Shown: positions 1 to 7,911, numbered from the stretch's first letter. The stretch: 56,441 nucleotides of DNA from Parcubacteria group bacterium GW2011_GWA2_43_13 (GCA_000999025.1 LCFM01000009.1:1-56441), one strand, 5' to 3'. Notes: generated by a model from the letters alone, not told the origin. Made by a program: numbers and translations.

Positions 1-2
1 TA

Positions 3-182
3 ACCCCGCACACCTTGCGCCACTCGTTTGCAACGGACTTGTTAAGAAACGGCGCGGATATCAGAAGCGTGCAAGCAATGCTTGGCCACTCATCCATCAC
101 CACCACCCAAATCTACACCCACGTCACGGATGAGGGCTTGAAACAAGTACACAAATCTTTTCATTCTCGAAGAAAGCAATAA
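3..182 (+). CDS. Tyrosine recombinase/integrase (XerC/XerD-phage integrase family), 3' fragment; gene starts left of the window
   Basis: The frame from nt 3 reads [41 protein letters not shown]. These are the HxLRHxxAT, LGH and catalytic-Tyr boxes of tyrosine recombinases. TAA at 180-182. Confidence 0.85.
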   Translation, partial: TPHTLRHSFATDLLRNGADIRSVQAMLGHSSITTTQIYTHVTDEGLKQVHKSFHSRRKQ

Positions 183-189
183 GCCGTAC

Positions 190-621
190 TTACTGACATT
201 GCTCCACAAACTCTATAAAATACTTGGTAAATTTTCTAAAAATATCCGGCGCTTTTACAAGATAGTCATAAACCTTTGTATAGTCCATATCCATATATAC
301 ATGAGCAAGACGGTTGCGAAATCCGACCATATCACTATTTTGTTCGGCAAAATCTTGAGGCATGATGCTTTTTTCTCCCAATAACAGCAACACTTCTTTG
401 TATTCTTTTGCAGAGCATTGGAACACTTCACTTAGTAGATGGTTGCCTACATCCACAATCACTTCAATTCCCCTCAGCATGTACAATTCGCTCGCCGCTT
501 GGATTGTGTGATCATTGAGAAAATCTTCCAGCGACATTTGCCGATAGCGTTCAAGTGCATCTATAATTTCTGCCAATTTCTGCAATCGTGCATGAATAGT
601 TTCTTTATTAATCGGTGACAT
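190..621 (-). CDS. hepT: HepT-type toxin (DUF86/HEPN family)
   Basis: 143-aa ORF with FRNRLAHVY, the Rx4HxY HEPN motif. It lies 21 nt downstream of an MNT-type gene on the same strand. Confidence 0.85.
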   Translation of the reverse strand: MSPINKETIHARLQKLAEIIDALERYRQMSLEDFLNDHTIQAASELYMLRGIEVIVDVGNHLLSEVFQCSAKEYKEVLLLLGEKSIMPQDFAEQNSDMVGFRNRLAHVYMDMDYTKVYDYLVKAPDIFRKFTKYFIEFVEQCQ

Positions 622-642
622 AGATAAAATGTTGCATCAGTG

Positions 643-1095
643 TTAATGCTGAACTGATAGCGCTGTTATATTTCCAAATGTATCATGTTTAAGATGATTT
701 TGCATCATACGGTACTGCACGGTACGTAGATATTTTGTATCTTCATATTCCCGTAAAATAGCTTGCTGATAGTGCATTTTTAATAAATTATTACGAACCA
801 CAATGGGTATGCCAAGTAATATTGCTTGTTGTTTAAGTAGTGGACTATCACATGTTGCGATATTCACTACATCTATCCTATCCTTGCCAATAGCACTACT
901 CACCTCGCCCATTAAACCAATTTCTCTCTTAAAATACGCATCGCGTGGTACGACCTCATCAAATACAATAGCAATATCTATATCTGATAACGGGCCAGGG
1001 TTACCAGAGACATGCGAACCGAATAAATACGCCAAAACAACCTCTGGATGCGAGGCAAACACGGTTTTTAACGTTGCTAACAACTCTTCATTCAT
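643..1095 (-). CDS. mntA: MntA-type minimal nucleotidyltransferase antitoxin
   Basis: 150-aa ORF with LFGSHVSGNPGPLSDIDIAIVF, the GSxxxG...DxD Pol-beta-type NTase motif. It is paired with hepT. Confidence 0.85.
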   Translation of the reverse strand: MNEELLATLKTVFASHPEVVLAYLFGSHVSGNPGPLSDIDIAIVFDEVVPRDAYFKREIGLMGEVSSAIGKDRIDVVNIATCDSPLLKQQAILLGIPIVVRNNLLKMHYQQAILREYEDTKYLRTVQYRMMQNHLKHDTFGNITALSVQH

Positions 1096-1394
1096 ATCTT
1101 TATTGCGTCAATAATGATTGTATTATAGCATACTAAAAGATAAGAATCCAAACGACCTAACACTTCCAAACCTACGAGAGTGGCTGTCGCCGAATGTGAT
1201 TCCGCAATGACCGCGCAAATAACAATTTTTAGATAACCTCACGCTGATTTTTTAGGAAAATTTAGCAAAGAATGACAAAAACACGCCCATTTAGGGTGCT
1301 GTTTTGTTATAAAATTTACTAAAGCAGATTCCATCATTTTTCCCACTAAATTTTACAATTTGGCTAATATTAGCAAATATATGTCTATTTATAC

Positions 1395-1423
1395 TTGACA
1401 ATATCAATTTTACATGATAGAAT
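1395..1423 (+). promoter_or_regulatory. Sigma70-like promoter P1
   Basis: TTGACA 1395-1400, a 17-nt spacer, TG at 1415-1416 (extended -10), TAGAAT 1418-1423. Confidence 0.55.
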
Positions 1424-1488
1424 GACGGGTCAAAATCAAATACAGAAACTTATTCAGACATAACGGGAACTATAAAGAAAATATAGCG

Positions 1489-1517
1489 TTGACAAATATA
1501 GTTAAGTATGTTATAGT
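1489..1517 (+). promoter_or_regulatory. Sigma70-like promoter P2
   Basis: TTGACA 1489-1494, a 17-nt spacer, TG at 1509-1510, TATAGT 1512-1517. It lies 94 bp downstream of P1 in the same orientation. Confidence 0.6.
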
Positions 1518-1523
1518 ATACCT

Positions 1524-2312
1524 GCACAATCAAACAAAATCTTGAAGGAGAGAGCAAGATGACGATTCTTTACACCAAGGTGTTAAGAAGTACTGCTATC
1601 CCCCAAAAGATTGCCCTACTTCTTAGCACCTTATTTGCATCCCCATAGCGCACCACGAATATGCCCACCCGAAGAACGGATTCGTAGATTCGGATGTATT
1701 CGCAGATTAGGATTGCCCCCGTAGCGAGAAACATGGAGAGGAGAGAGGAGAACACTTACCACCTCATGGGATGGTTCACCCCTACCCGCGGGATGGCAAG
1801 GAAAAGCAAGCTCTTTGAGCACAGGCAAACCATATTTATTGGCCTACAAACTCAAAGTTAGCGCTCAACATTGATCTTCTCCATATTCCTCGCTGCGATC
1901 CGAGCTTTATGCAAAGAATCGCAGCGATCACAACATTATATGTGCAAAAAGTTTTGAGCAGATAGCCCCGTCCCTCACTTGGCAACAAGTGCGGGATAGA
2001 GGAGAGAGTATCACTCAAGATTTTATGCCTAACACTGTCACACTCTCATGAAAGTGAGGGTTGAGGATACGGAGTTATACCACTATCCATCCGCCAGCCG
2101 GCGGACGGAACGGCCAACAACTGTACTCCTCCGGTGTGGGTCTGACAGGACCCATGCTGACGTGCGAACTTCCGAACCGAGTTTACTCGGTGAGGAAGGC
2201 AGGCGGAGATGAGATGCTTGCATCTCCACCTACCTTCCTTGTAAGAGGAATGATCTTTGCAACCAATCCACGGCTCGCCATGCGTTTTTTATAAAGCTCG
2301 TGGCGAGTCGTG
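1524..2312 (+). ncRNA. Candidate large structured RNA or long structured 5' leader (unclassified)
   Basis: About 790 nt with no ORF longer than 77 aa on either strand. It is G+C-rich, unlike the AT-rich promoter zone. Hairpins occur in series at 1890-1927, 2090-2105, 2137-2154, 2177-2190, 2194-2238 and 2271-2310, with G.U pairs that only work on the + strand. Confidence 0.35.
1559..1648 (+). CDS. Possible 29-aa small hydrophobic/leader peptide (MTILYTKVLRSTAIPQKIALLLSTLFASP)
   Basis: ATG at 1559 is preceded by GAAGGAGAG (1544-1552), about 35 nt after the predicted P2 start site. TAG at 1646-1648. It is too short for the ORF track. Confidence 0.25.
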   Translation: MTILYTKVLRSTAIPQKIALLLSTLFASP

Positions 2313-2353
2313 GAATTTCTCCACGGCACAACTCCGGAAGGAGTAACGACAAG

Positions 2354-2941
2354 ATGGCCATAAAGGTTGTCTTGGCCGGACCTCCTCGGTCCGGAAAGTC
2401 CTGCTTAAGGGAAGGTCTTAAGCAGGCGATACGACGGATTCCGGGCGCGCCGTATCCCTATGTGATCACGGCTTGCCCGGACGGCGAGGGTTCATGGTTC
2501 CAGGAAACTGTGAACCAAAACCCGGAGCTCGCGGCGGCGTGTAAGGTGGCTTACAAAGCCAAATTCACGCCGGAATTCGTGAAGCGGATCGCAACTTCGG
2601 TCGCGAACTGCCCGCTCGAGCTCACGCTCGTCGACATCGGAGGTATCACCTCCGTTGAAAACGAAGCGATTTGCTCGAGCGCCACTCACATGGTGATCCT
2701 CGCGGGTGATACCGCGAAGTTCGCCGAGTGGCGCGAATTCGCCAAGAAGGTAGGACTCGTGGTGGTAGCGGAAATCTTTTCCGACTACCACGGCACCCAA
2801 GATGTTGTTCCTCAATTGGGCGAGGACAACATCTGGCGGGGATCTGTTCACCACCTCGAGCGGGGTGAACAAGTCGCCGAGCGCCCGACTGTTCAGGCGC
2901 TTGCCCAAATTCTTGTTGAATTGGCAACTCTACAAGAATAA
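2354..2941 (+). CDS. P-loop NTPase of unknown family, adjacent to the Csx3-like gene
   Basis: ATG 2354 is preceded by GGAAGGAG. Walker A is VLAGPPRSGKS and a Walker B/DxxG-like motif is ELTLVDIGG. No further family-specific motif was recognised. Confidence 0.6.
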   Translation: MAIKVVLAGPPRSGKSCLREGLKQAIRRIPGAPYPYVITACPDGEGSWFQETVNQNPELAAACKVAYKAKFTPEFVKRIATSVANCPLELTLVDIGGITSVENEAICSSATHMVILAGDTAKFAEWREFAKKVGLVVVAEIFSDYHGTQDVVPQLGEDNIWRGSVHHLERGEQVAERPTVQALAQILVELATLQE

Positions 2942-3075
2942 TCCTCTGCCCTGCGATTGAATGCGTTACCACATCCAATCGCAGTAGTCATCAACACTAC
3001 CCGCTAAGGCGGGGCCTTTCCCAAGTAGCCATGCTTGGGTGGTAATAAAGGTTTCTCCAATGAGAGGAGAACAAC

Positions 3076-3381
3076 ATGGCTTACTATAAGGTCGAGATAA
3101 TCGAAAGAGGCGAAGCGACAACACTCCGGCTCGCATTCGGCGAGCCCGCACAGAACGACGTGATCGTCCGCGATGCCGTCGCGGCGGTCCAAGCCCTCAA
3201 CCTCGAGGGGGGCAAGGTCATCCGGCTGAACGGGCCTGCGTCTTTGCCGGTGGCGATCGCCATCGGACATGTCGTCGCGCACCTGTACGGTGCCGTGGCG
3301 GCTTTCGACCCGAAACTCGGGAAGTATGTCGTGGCGGTGAGCCACGACCCCGAATTCGAAATCGGACAACTCATCGACTAG
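3076..3381 (+). CDS. csx3: Csx3-like protein (Csx3/Crn3 fold: cA4 ring nuclease / RNA deadenylase family)
   Basis: 101 aa, with GAGAGGAG ahead of the ATG. The core GKVIRLNGPASLPVAIAIGHVVAHLYGAVAAFDPKLGKYVVAVSHDPEFEIGQLID aligns by eye to A. fulgidus Csx3 as I remember it (GVVISGRGPIWLHCFLAHKYHHTPFVAVYDPRLGAVVVQSHSELREGDVIDV). Confidence 0.65.
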   Translation: MAYYKVEIIERGEATTLRLAFGEPAQNDVIVRDAVAAVQALNLEGGKVIRLNGPASLPVAIAIGHVVAHLYGAVAAFDPKLGKYVVAVSHDPEFEIGQLID

Positions 3382-4161
3382 GAGAGTTGCCCATATCCAC
3401 ACGTTTTGCCACCGTTTTAACGAAAATGGTGGGGATAGCCTGCTGGCTTTCGCATGAGGCGCTTTGCAACTATACATCATCAACGCGCGCCTCTTGGTGG
3501 AAGGATATTCGTTCGCGCGAATAACACCTCCGCCTTCTCTCCAGCTTGCAAGTTGAAGCAGAGGGCAAAAAAACTGTTGACAATTAACTTTTAACTGTTA
3601 ACACGTTCTCACTTCAATAATAACTGATCGATCAATACTGCCTTAGAGGATCGCTTCCTCTCCCAAGCATAGGCAACAGAATGGGTAGAACGACACACCC
3701 TTTTATCCCCTCTCAAGAGGGGAACTAAAATATCCTTCCTTGAGGAGGGATAAAGGAAGGTATTATACCTTCTAATCATTCTGCTGTCTGTAATACAGTA
3801 AAAATAGATAATCCAAACAATAAGATGCTGAATAGCGTGCAGAGTGTGAGGTTTAAGAGCCCTCTTGCCCCACATTCTGCAGTTCTGTTCATCATCAAAA
3901 AAGAGGGCATTATATATATGGTTTAAAACATCTTTATCACTAACTCCAAAAGAGGGCTCGCGATTTTTCATCGCACCCTCTTTTCGCTGTTTGCACGCTT
4001 CAAGCAAGCAGTCGTCCACTCTCTTACTAATAAGAGAGAAAAAGAACTTGTTGATAGGCATGGAGATTTCAGAATGAAATCTATCTCACACGATAGATAC
4101 TCTCTCCTCCATTCTGTTCTCCGTGCCTACCAAGATGTTCTTTGATATTACCTCACCCCAA

Positions 4162-4184
4162 CCCTCTCCTTTCAAGGAGAGGGG
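4162..4184. repeat. Palindromic element CCCTCTCC-TTTCAA-GGAGAGGGG (same family as 52876-52966)
   Basis: Inverted repeat read directly from the sequence. It lies just upstream of the PHP gene start. Confidence 0.6.
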
Positions 4185-4219
4185 GGAAGTATGACAACCG
4201 CAAGAAAGGCGGTGATGAT

Positions 4220-5077
4220 ATGTTCGATTTCCAACTACACTCAACTGCTTCGGACGGGACATTGCGCCCGAAAGAAGTGGTTGCGCTCTGTGCGCGCAAT
4301 GGCCTCAAAACCATTGCAATCACCGATCACGACACTGTTGCCGGCGTTGAAGAAGCGCTGACAGCGGGATCGAAATTCGGTGTACGCGTCATTCCAGGGT
4401 GCGAACTTTCGGTGGAACACAATGGCCAGGAGTTCGATATCCTGTGCTATCACATTGACCACCGGAACCTCGCGCTGGTTGAGCGTATGGCGTTTTACCG
4501 CCAAGTGCGCATTGAACGCGCCCACGCGGTAATCGCAAAACTCCAGAAGCAAGGGTTTGCGATCTCGTTTGAGGAGGTCGCAAAGATTGCGGACGGCAGT
4601 ATCGGCAGACCGCATATTGCCAAAGCAATCTTCCTCCACGCCAACAACGTGGAACGGCTTGCACAAATCGGGATCAAAAATCCGTTTGAGTTTGTCGGCG
4701 CGTTTATGACATCAGGAAAAGATGCCTATGTAGAGCGGGAGAAATTCCGTTTTGTAGAGGCGATCTCCCTGGTGCATAACGCCGGCGGTGTTGGCGTGTT
4801 GGCCCACCCGGGCTGGACATTCCGCAACGAATTCGAACAGCGTCTGCCGGCATTTCTTAGCGAGCTAAAATCGCTGGGACTGGATGGCGTGGAAACGTTC
4901 TATCGTACACACGAAGAACGCCACACGCGATTTGTCCATTCCTTGGCGGTTGAGCTTGATTTGAAAGAAACCGCAGGATCCGACTTCCACAATCCCGATG
5001 ATCCGATCTTCCATATGGTGGGAGCGTGGGAATCGTTTGGGATTGAAACCAACTTTGAGTGGATTACTCAACGATAA
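4220..5077 (+). CDS. PHP-domain phosphoesterase (TrpH/YciV, RNase AM-like)
   Basis: MFDFQLHSTASDGTLRPKEVVALCARNGLKTIAITDHDT is the canonical PHP N-terminal HxH...DH metal motif. The start is trimmed to ATG 4220, because the upstream part of the ORF runs through a REP-like palindrome. Confidence 0.85.
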   Translation: MFDFQLHSTASDGTLRPKEVVALCARNGLKTIAITDHDTVAGVEEALTAGSKFGVRVIPGCELSVEHNGQEFDILCYHIDHRNLALVERMAFYRQVRIERAHAVIAKLQKQGFAISFEEVAKIADGSIGRPHIAKAIFLHANNVERLAQIGIKNPFEFVGAFMTSGKDAYVEREKFRFVEAISLVHNAGGVGVLAHPGWTFRNEFEQRLPAFLSELKSLGLDGVETFYRTHEERHTRFVHSLAVELDLKETAGSDFHNPDDPIFHMVGAWESFGIETNFEWITQR

Positions 5078-5144
5078 ATCCGCTCGCGGGGAGAGATGTT
5101 TACGTTTCTCCTCCCCTGCTTTGAGCATATTTTGACCACATGTT

Positions 5145-5172
5145 GTAGAGACGGGGTTAACCCCGTCTCTAC
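5145..5172. repeat. REP-like palindrome GTAGAGACGGGGTTAACCCCGTCTCTAC
   Basis: Perfect 28-nt palindrome, and a member of the GTAGAGACGCCCC...GGGGCGTCTCTAC family seen at least 7 times in the window. Confidence 0.8.
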
Positions 5173-5269
5173 ATGGATGGATATACAAAAAATACTTTCA
5201 AACAAGGGCGCGATCTTTGAAATACCACCCCTTATTCCCTCCTTCAAAAGGATGGGACACTCTGATGAC

Positions 5270-5330
5270 GATGATAGTCGCGAGTGCGGCTGATGGTTAT
5301 ATATCATCATCTGCGCTCGCGGCTATCATC
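5270..5330 (+). promoter_or_regulatory. Long RNA hairpin (26-position stem, 9-nt loop) in the leader of the 5375 gene
   Basis: 5270-5295 pairs with 5305-5330, with 1 mismatch and 3 G.U pairs. The G.U pairs would be C.A mismatches on the other strand. No U-tract follows. Confidence 0.5.
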
Positions 5331-5374
5331 CGATAGCTGAGAATTCTCAACAACATCTCTGGAAGGAGATTTTC

Positions 5375-6679
5375 ATGACACGGTTAGTGTTTGGATCCGG
5401 CCGGTTCGCCGATGTTGTGGCGAACAACCGGAATGATATCATCGTCGGCCCATACGATATGCCGACGAAGTTGGTGGACGTCCGCAAGGATGTCTTGCTG
5501 TGCCTCCCGCAGGAGGTTGGCACGTGGGGCAACTACCCCACGCACCAGGAGAGCTGGCTTGCTCTCCCGTTCGTCGTGACCTGCCACAGTAGCCACACGG
5601 ACGAGGCGGGACTAGATGTCCGCCGCTCAGCGTGGGACGCAATCCCCGTCGCGCAGTGGCCGGCACTCATCGCGAAAGCGGCTGAGTTTGCCGAAGAGTT
5701 CCGCAGCCGTCTAACCGACGCCGGTCTGACGCCCCGCAAGGCGTTCAAGTCGGCAACCCGCGCACTGCAAGACTGCTTGCTGTATGCCGTGGAGCGCAAG
5801 TTCCCGGCACAGCAGGACGTGTTCTTGCAGGACTCCGTGATCGCCCCGCTCGTTGCGGAAGCGAATCGCGGCCGGGCAGGTGAACTCGATCTCGCTGCCG
5901 GTCTCGTGCTTGCCGATACGATCGATGCCCTCGTGGCAAAGATCGCCGGTGAATTCGGTGGGCTCGACGCATGCCGCAAGGCGCTCGGCGAACTCATGAC
6001 CGACTCGCGTGTTGGGCGGGTGATCCTCCTCCCGGAGGGCATTTCGCTTGATCGCGGGGCCGAGCTCGTTGTGGGCGACATCGTGATCGGTGTTCCCGAC
6101 ACGCACGACATGGACATCGTCTCTGTCGTGAATGGTCAGGAAGCGCCAGTGCTCATCCAACTGAAAGACGAGCTGTCGGGTCAACGGCTCGACATCATGG
6201 CGGTCGCCTCGACGCTCGGCGCGAACGAGCAGCTTTCGGGCGGACATCCGGCCTTTCAGTCGGTGGCAGAAATGCTGCTGGCGAATGGTACGGCCCGCAC
6301 CCCCGAGGGCAGCGCGCTTGTCGCGCGGCTCGCAGGCGAAGTCGACCCCGTCGCTCTTGCTCAGAAATACCGGACGGTTGCAAAGGAGTTCTACTCCGAT
6401 GCTTCCGACCGGAAGAGCTGGGCGGCTCGGCGGGCTGGAAACTTGCCGCAGGTCAAGAAAGCGATCCCGCTCTACCGGATCGCTTGTGACCTACTCCCGC
6501 GCGCCGCCTACATGGAACGCGCCGGGAAATTCACCGGCGGATTGGATATCGCCATCCTTGCCGAGTCAGCCGGACTCGGCAAGGTGTACGCCGCGATCCG
6601 ACAAATCATGGATCGCCAGGATGCAACTCAAGACGAGCTTGAGCATATTGCATCGGCGATCGAAACCGTTCTTTCCTAG
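5375..6679 (+). CDS. Hypothetical protein, 434 aa, no recognisable domain
   Basis: Long ORF in the G+C-rich island with GGAAGGAG 8 nt before the ATG. The antisense ORFs across it look like high-GC artefacts. Confidence 0.6.
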   Translation: MTRLVFGSGRFADVVANNRNDIIVGPYDMPTKLVDVRKDVLLCLPQEVGTWGNYPTHQESWLALPFVVTCHSSHTDEAGLDVRRSAWDAIPVAQWPALIAKAAEFAEEFRSRLTDAGLTPRKAFKSATRALQDCLLYAVERKFPAQQDVFLQDSVIAPLVAEANRGRAGELDLAAGLVLADTIDALVAKIAGEFGGLDACRKALGELMTDSRVGRVILLPEGISLDRGAELVVGDIVIGVPDTHDMDIVSVVNGQEAPVLIQLKDELSGQRLDIMAVASTLGANEQLSGGHPAFQSVAEMLLANGTARTPEGSALVARLAGEVDPVALAQKYRTVAKEFYSDASDRKSWAARRAGNLPQVKKAIPLYRIACDLLPRAAYMERAGKFTGGLDIAILAESAGLGKVYAAIRQIMDRQDATQDELEHIASAIETVLS

Positions 6680-6697
6680 AACTTTTGCTGAGCACAA

Positions 6698-6835
6698 TGC
6701 GACCTCGCATGCGCAACGTGCTCTCCTTTCTTCTCCACTGATTGCTCACGCAATAAATGGAGAATCGAAGGAATAACCCGTCACACTCTGCCATGGCAAA
6801 ATGGTCAGAGTTCTCAACGAAAGGCAAAAAGATGG
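6698..6835 (+). repeat. Duplicated intergenic leader module, copy 1 (138 nt)
   Basis: Identical to 7483-7633 except for a 13-nt insertion in copy 2. It contains hairpin 6724-6772 and the palindrome TGCCATGGCA. Confidence 0.85.
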
Positions 6836-7467
6836 GCGCGCTCCTAATAGAAGCGTTGCGCAAATACTTCGTGACGCGACGTACCCGGCGATTCGTCGCC
6901 GATGCATACGCGGGGAAGCTGGGACCAGGACGACTTGTCGTCCTGGTAACCGTGGCGGGATACCGCCTCGCAAGGGTAACGATAAACCCCCACCGCCACC
7001 ACCCCGTCAATGAAAAGCACGTCGTCTACCACGACGATGTGCTGTCGCCATATGATCTCGACATGCTTACAAAACAATATATCGAGGTTACAATGGCAGG
7101 AACGACTGAGGAGGAGCGTGAAGAGCTCCTTGGTCGCTTCCTAAAAGAAAAACGGGTGTGGATTCACCGAGGGGCGAGAGAGAGCGTTTTTTCGCTCTTC
7201 TCAGAAGAAACCCGAGAGGCGACCATGCCCCCAGGGACAAAAATCAACTGGGGATACTGGGATTCCCCTGACGATTTCTTCGACGTTTATGGCATTGTCA
7301 TAAATGGCAATACCCTGGCGATCCGGGCGTTTACGATGCACGGAGAACTGTGCTGGTGGGGGAAAACGACCGACTGGTCGTTTAATCCCAAAAACGTCCT
7401 CTACGGGGAGGGGAGAACCCCGTTGACAACAGAGGAGAAAGATTTATTGAGAAAGCTTTTGCCTTAA
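6793..7467 (+). CDS. Hypothetical protein (about 224 aa; alternative start at 6832)
   Basis: The ORF begins inside repeat copy 1. Its first 14 codons (MAKWSEFSTKGKKM) are nucleotide-identical to those of the next gene. The ATG at 6757 is out of frame in copy 2, so it is unlikely to be the start. Confidence 0.5.
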   Translation: MAKWSEFSTKGKKMGALLIEALRKYFVTRRTRRFVADAYAGKLGPGRLVVLVTVAGYRLARVTINPHRHHPVNEKHVVYHDDVLSPYDLDMLTKQYIEVTMAGTTEEEREELLGRFLKEKRVWIHRGARESVFSLFSEETREATMPPGTKINWGYWDSPDDFFDVYGIVINGNTLAIRAFTMHGELCWWGKTTDWSFNPKNVLYGEGRTPLTTEEKDLLRKLLP

Positions 7468-7482
7468 CACCGCCGTGCACGT

Positions 7483-7633
7483 TGCGACCTCGCATGCGCA
7501 ACGTGCTCTCCTTTCTTCTCCACTGATTGCTCACGCAATAAATGGAGAATCGAAGGAATAGATACGGACACCCACCCGTCACACTCTGCCATGGCAAAAT
7601 GGTCAGAGTTCTCAACGAAAGGCAAAAAGATGG
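7483..7633 (+). repeat. Duplicated intergenic leader module, copy 2 (151 nt, 13-nt insertion at 7561-7573)
   Basis: Compared directly with 6698-6835. Confidence 0.85.
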
Positions 7634-7911
7634 ACGCTGAACGCGGACATCTATTTCTCTTGCGGCTTTTGAAGGATAATGATATCCCCATGGACGGGGA
7701 TGATCTGGAAAAAGCCATTGAGATTGCGTCGCGAAAGTTGCCTTCTGGCGCTTTTGATGAGGCGCAACGCCACTACATAACGCGACATGGGAACTACGTC
7801 TCTCTTGGCTATCTTACATACGCCAAAGGAGTACGGTGGCTTGCCATGTTGCGTCGTGAGTCTGGTCAAGCCGCGTTTGACGCGGCATGCGACGCTTTGC
7901 GTCGCACCTGA
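7591..7911 (+). CDS. Hypothetical protein (106 aa; alternative start at 7630)
   Basis: The ORF starts in repeat copy 2. No domain recognised. Confidence 0.45.
   Translation: MAKWSEFSTKGKKMDAERGHLFLLRLLKDNDIPMDGDDLEKAIEIASRKLPSGAFDEAQRHYITRHGNYVSLGYLTYAKGVRWLAMLRRESGQAAFDAACDALRRT

Noticed and set aside
1524-2312. RNase P RNA, tmRNA, SRP/6S RNA or a group II intron in the structured region.
   Set aside because: I found none of the hallmark motifs. There is no GGAAAGTCCGG/ACAGAACCCGGCTTA-type P4 strand, no tRNA-like GGTTCGAATCC...ACCA end, no domain-V-like hairpin and no RT ORF. I left it unclassified.
3609-4061. The 150-aa minus-strand ORF as a functional gene.
   Set aside because: It is AT-rich and runs through REP-type palindromes at its 3' end. 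It has no intact motif. I kept it only as a possible transposase relic, under findings.
6698-7633. A diversity-generating retroelement template/variable repeat pair.
   Set aside because: The two copies are identical apart from an indel, with no adenine-specific substitutions. There is no reverse transcriptase in the window.
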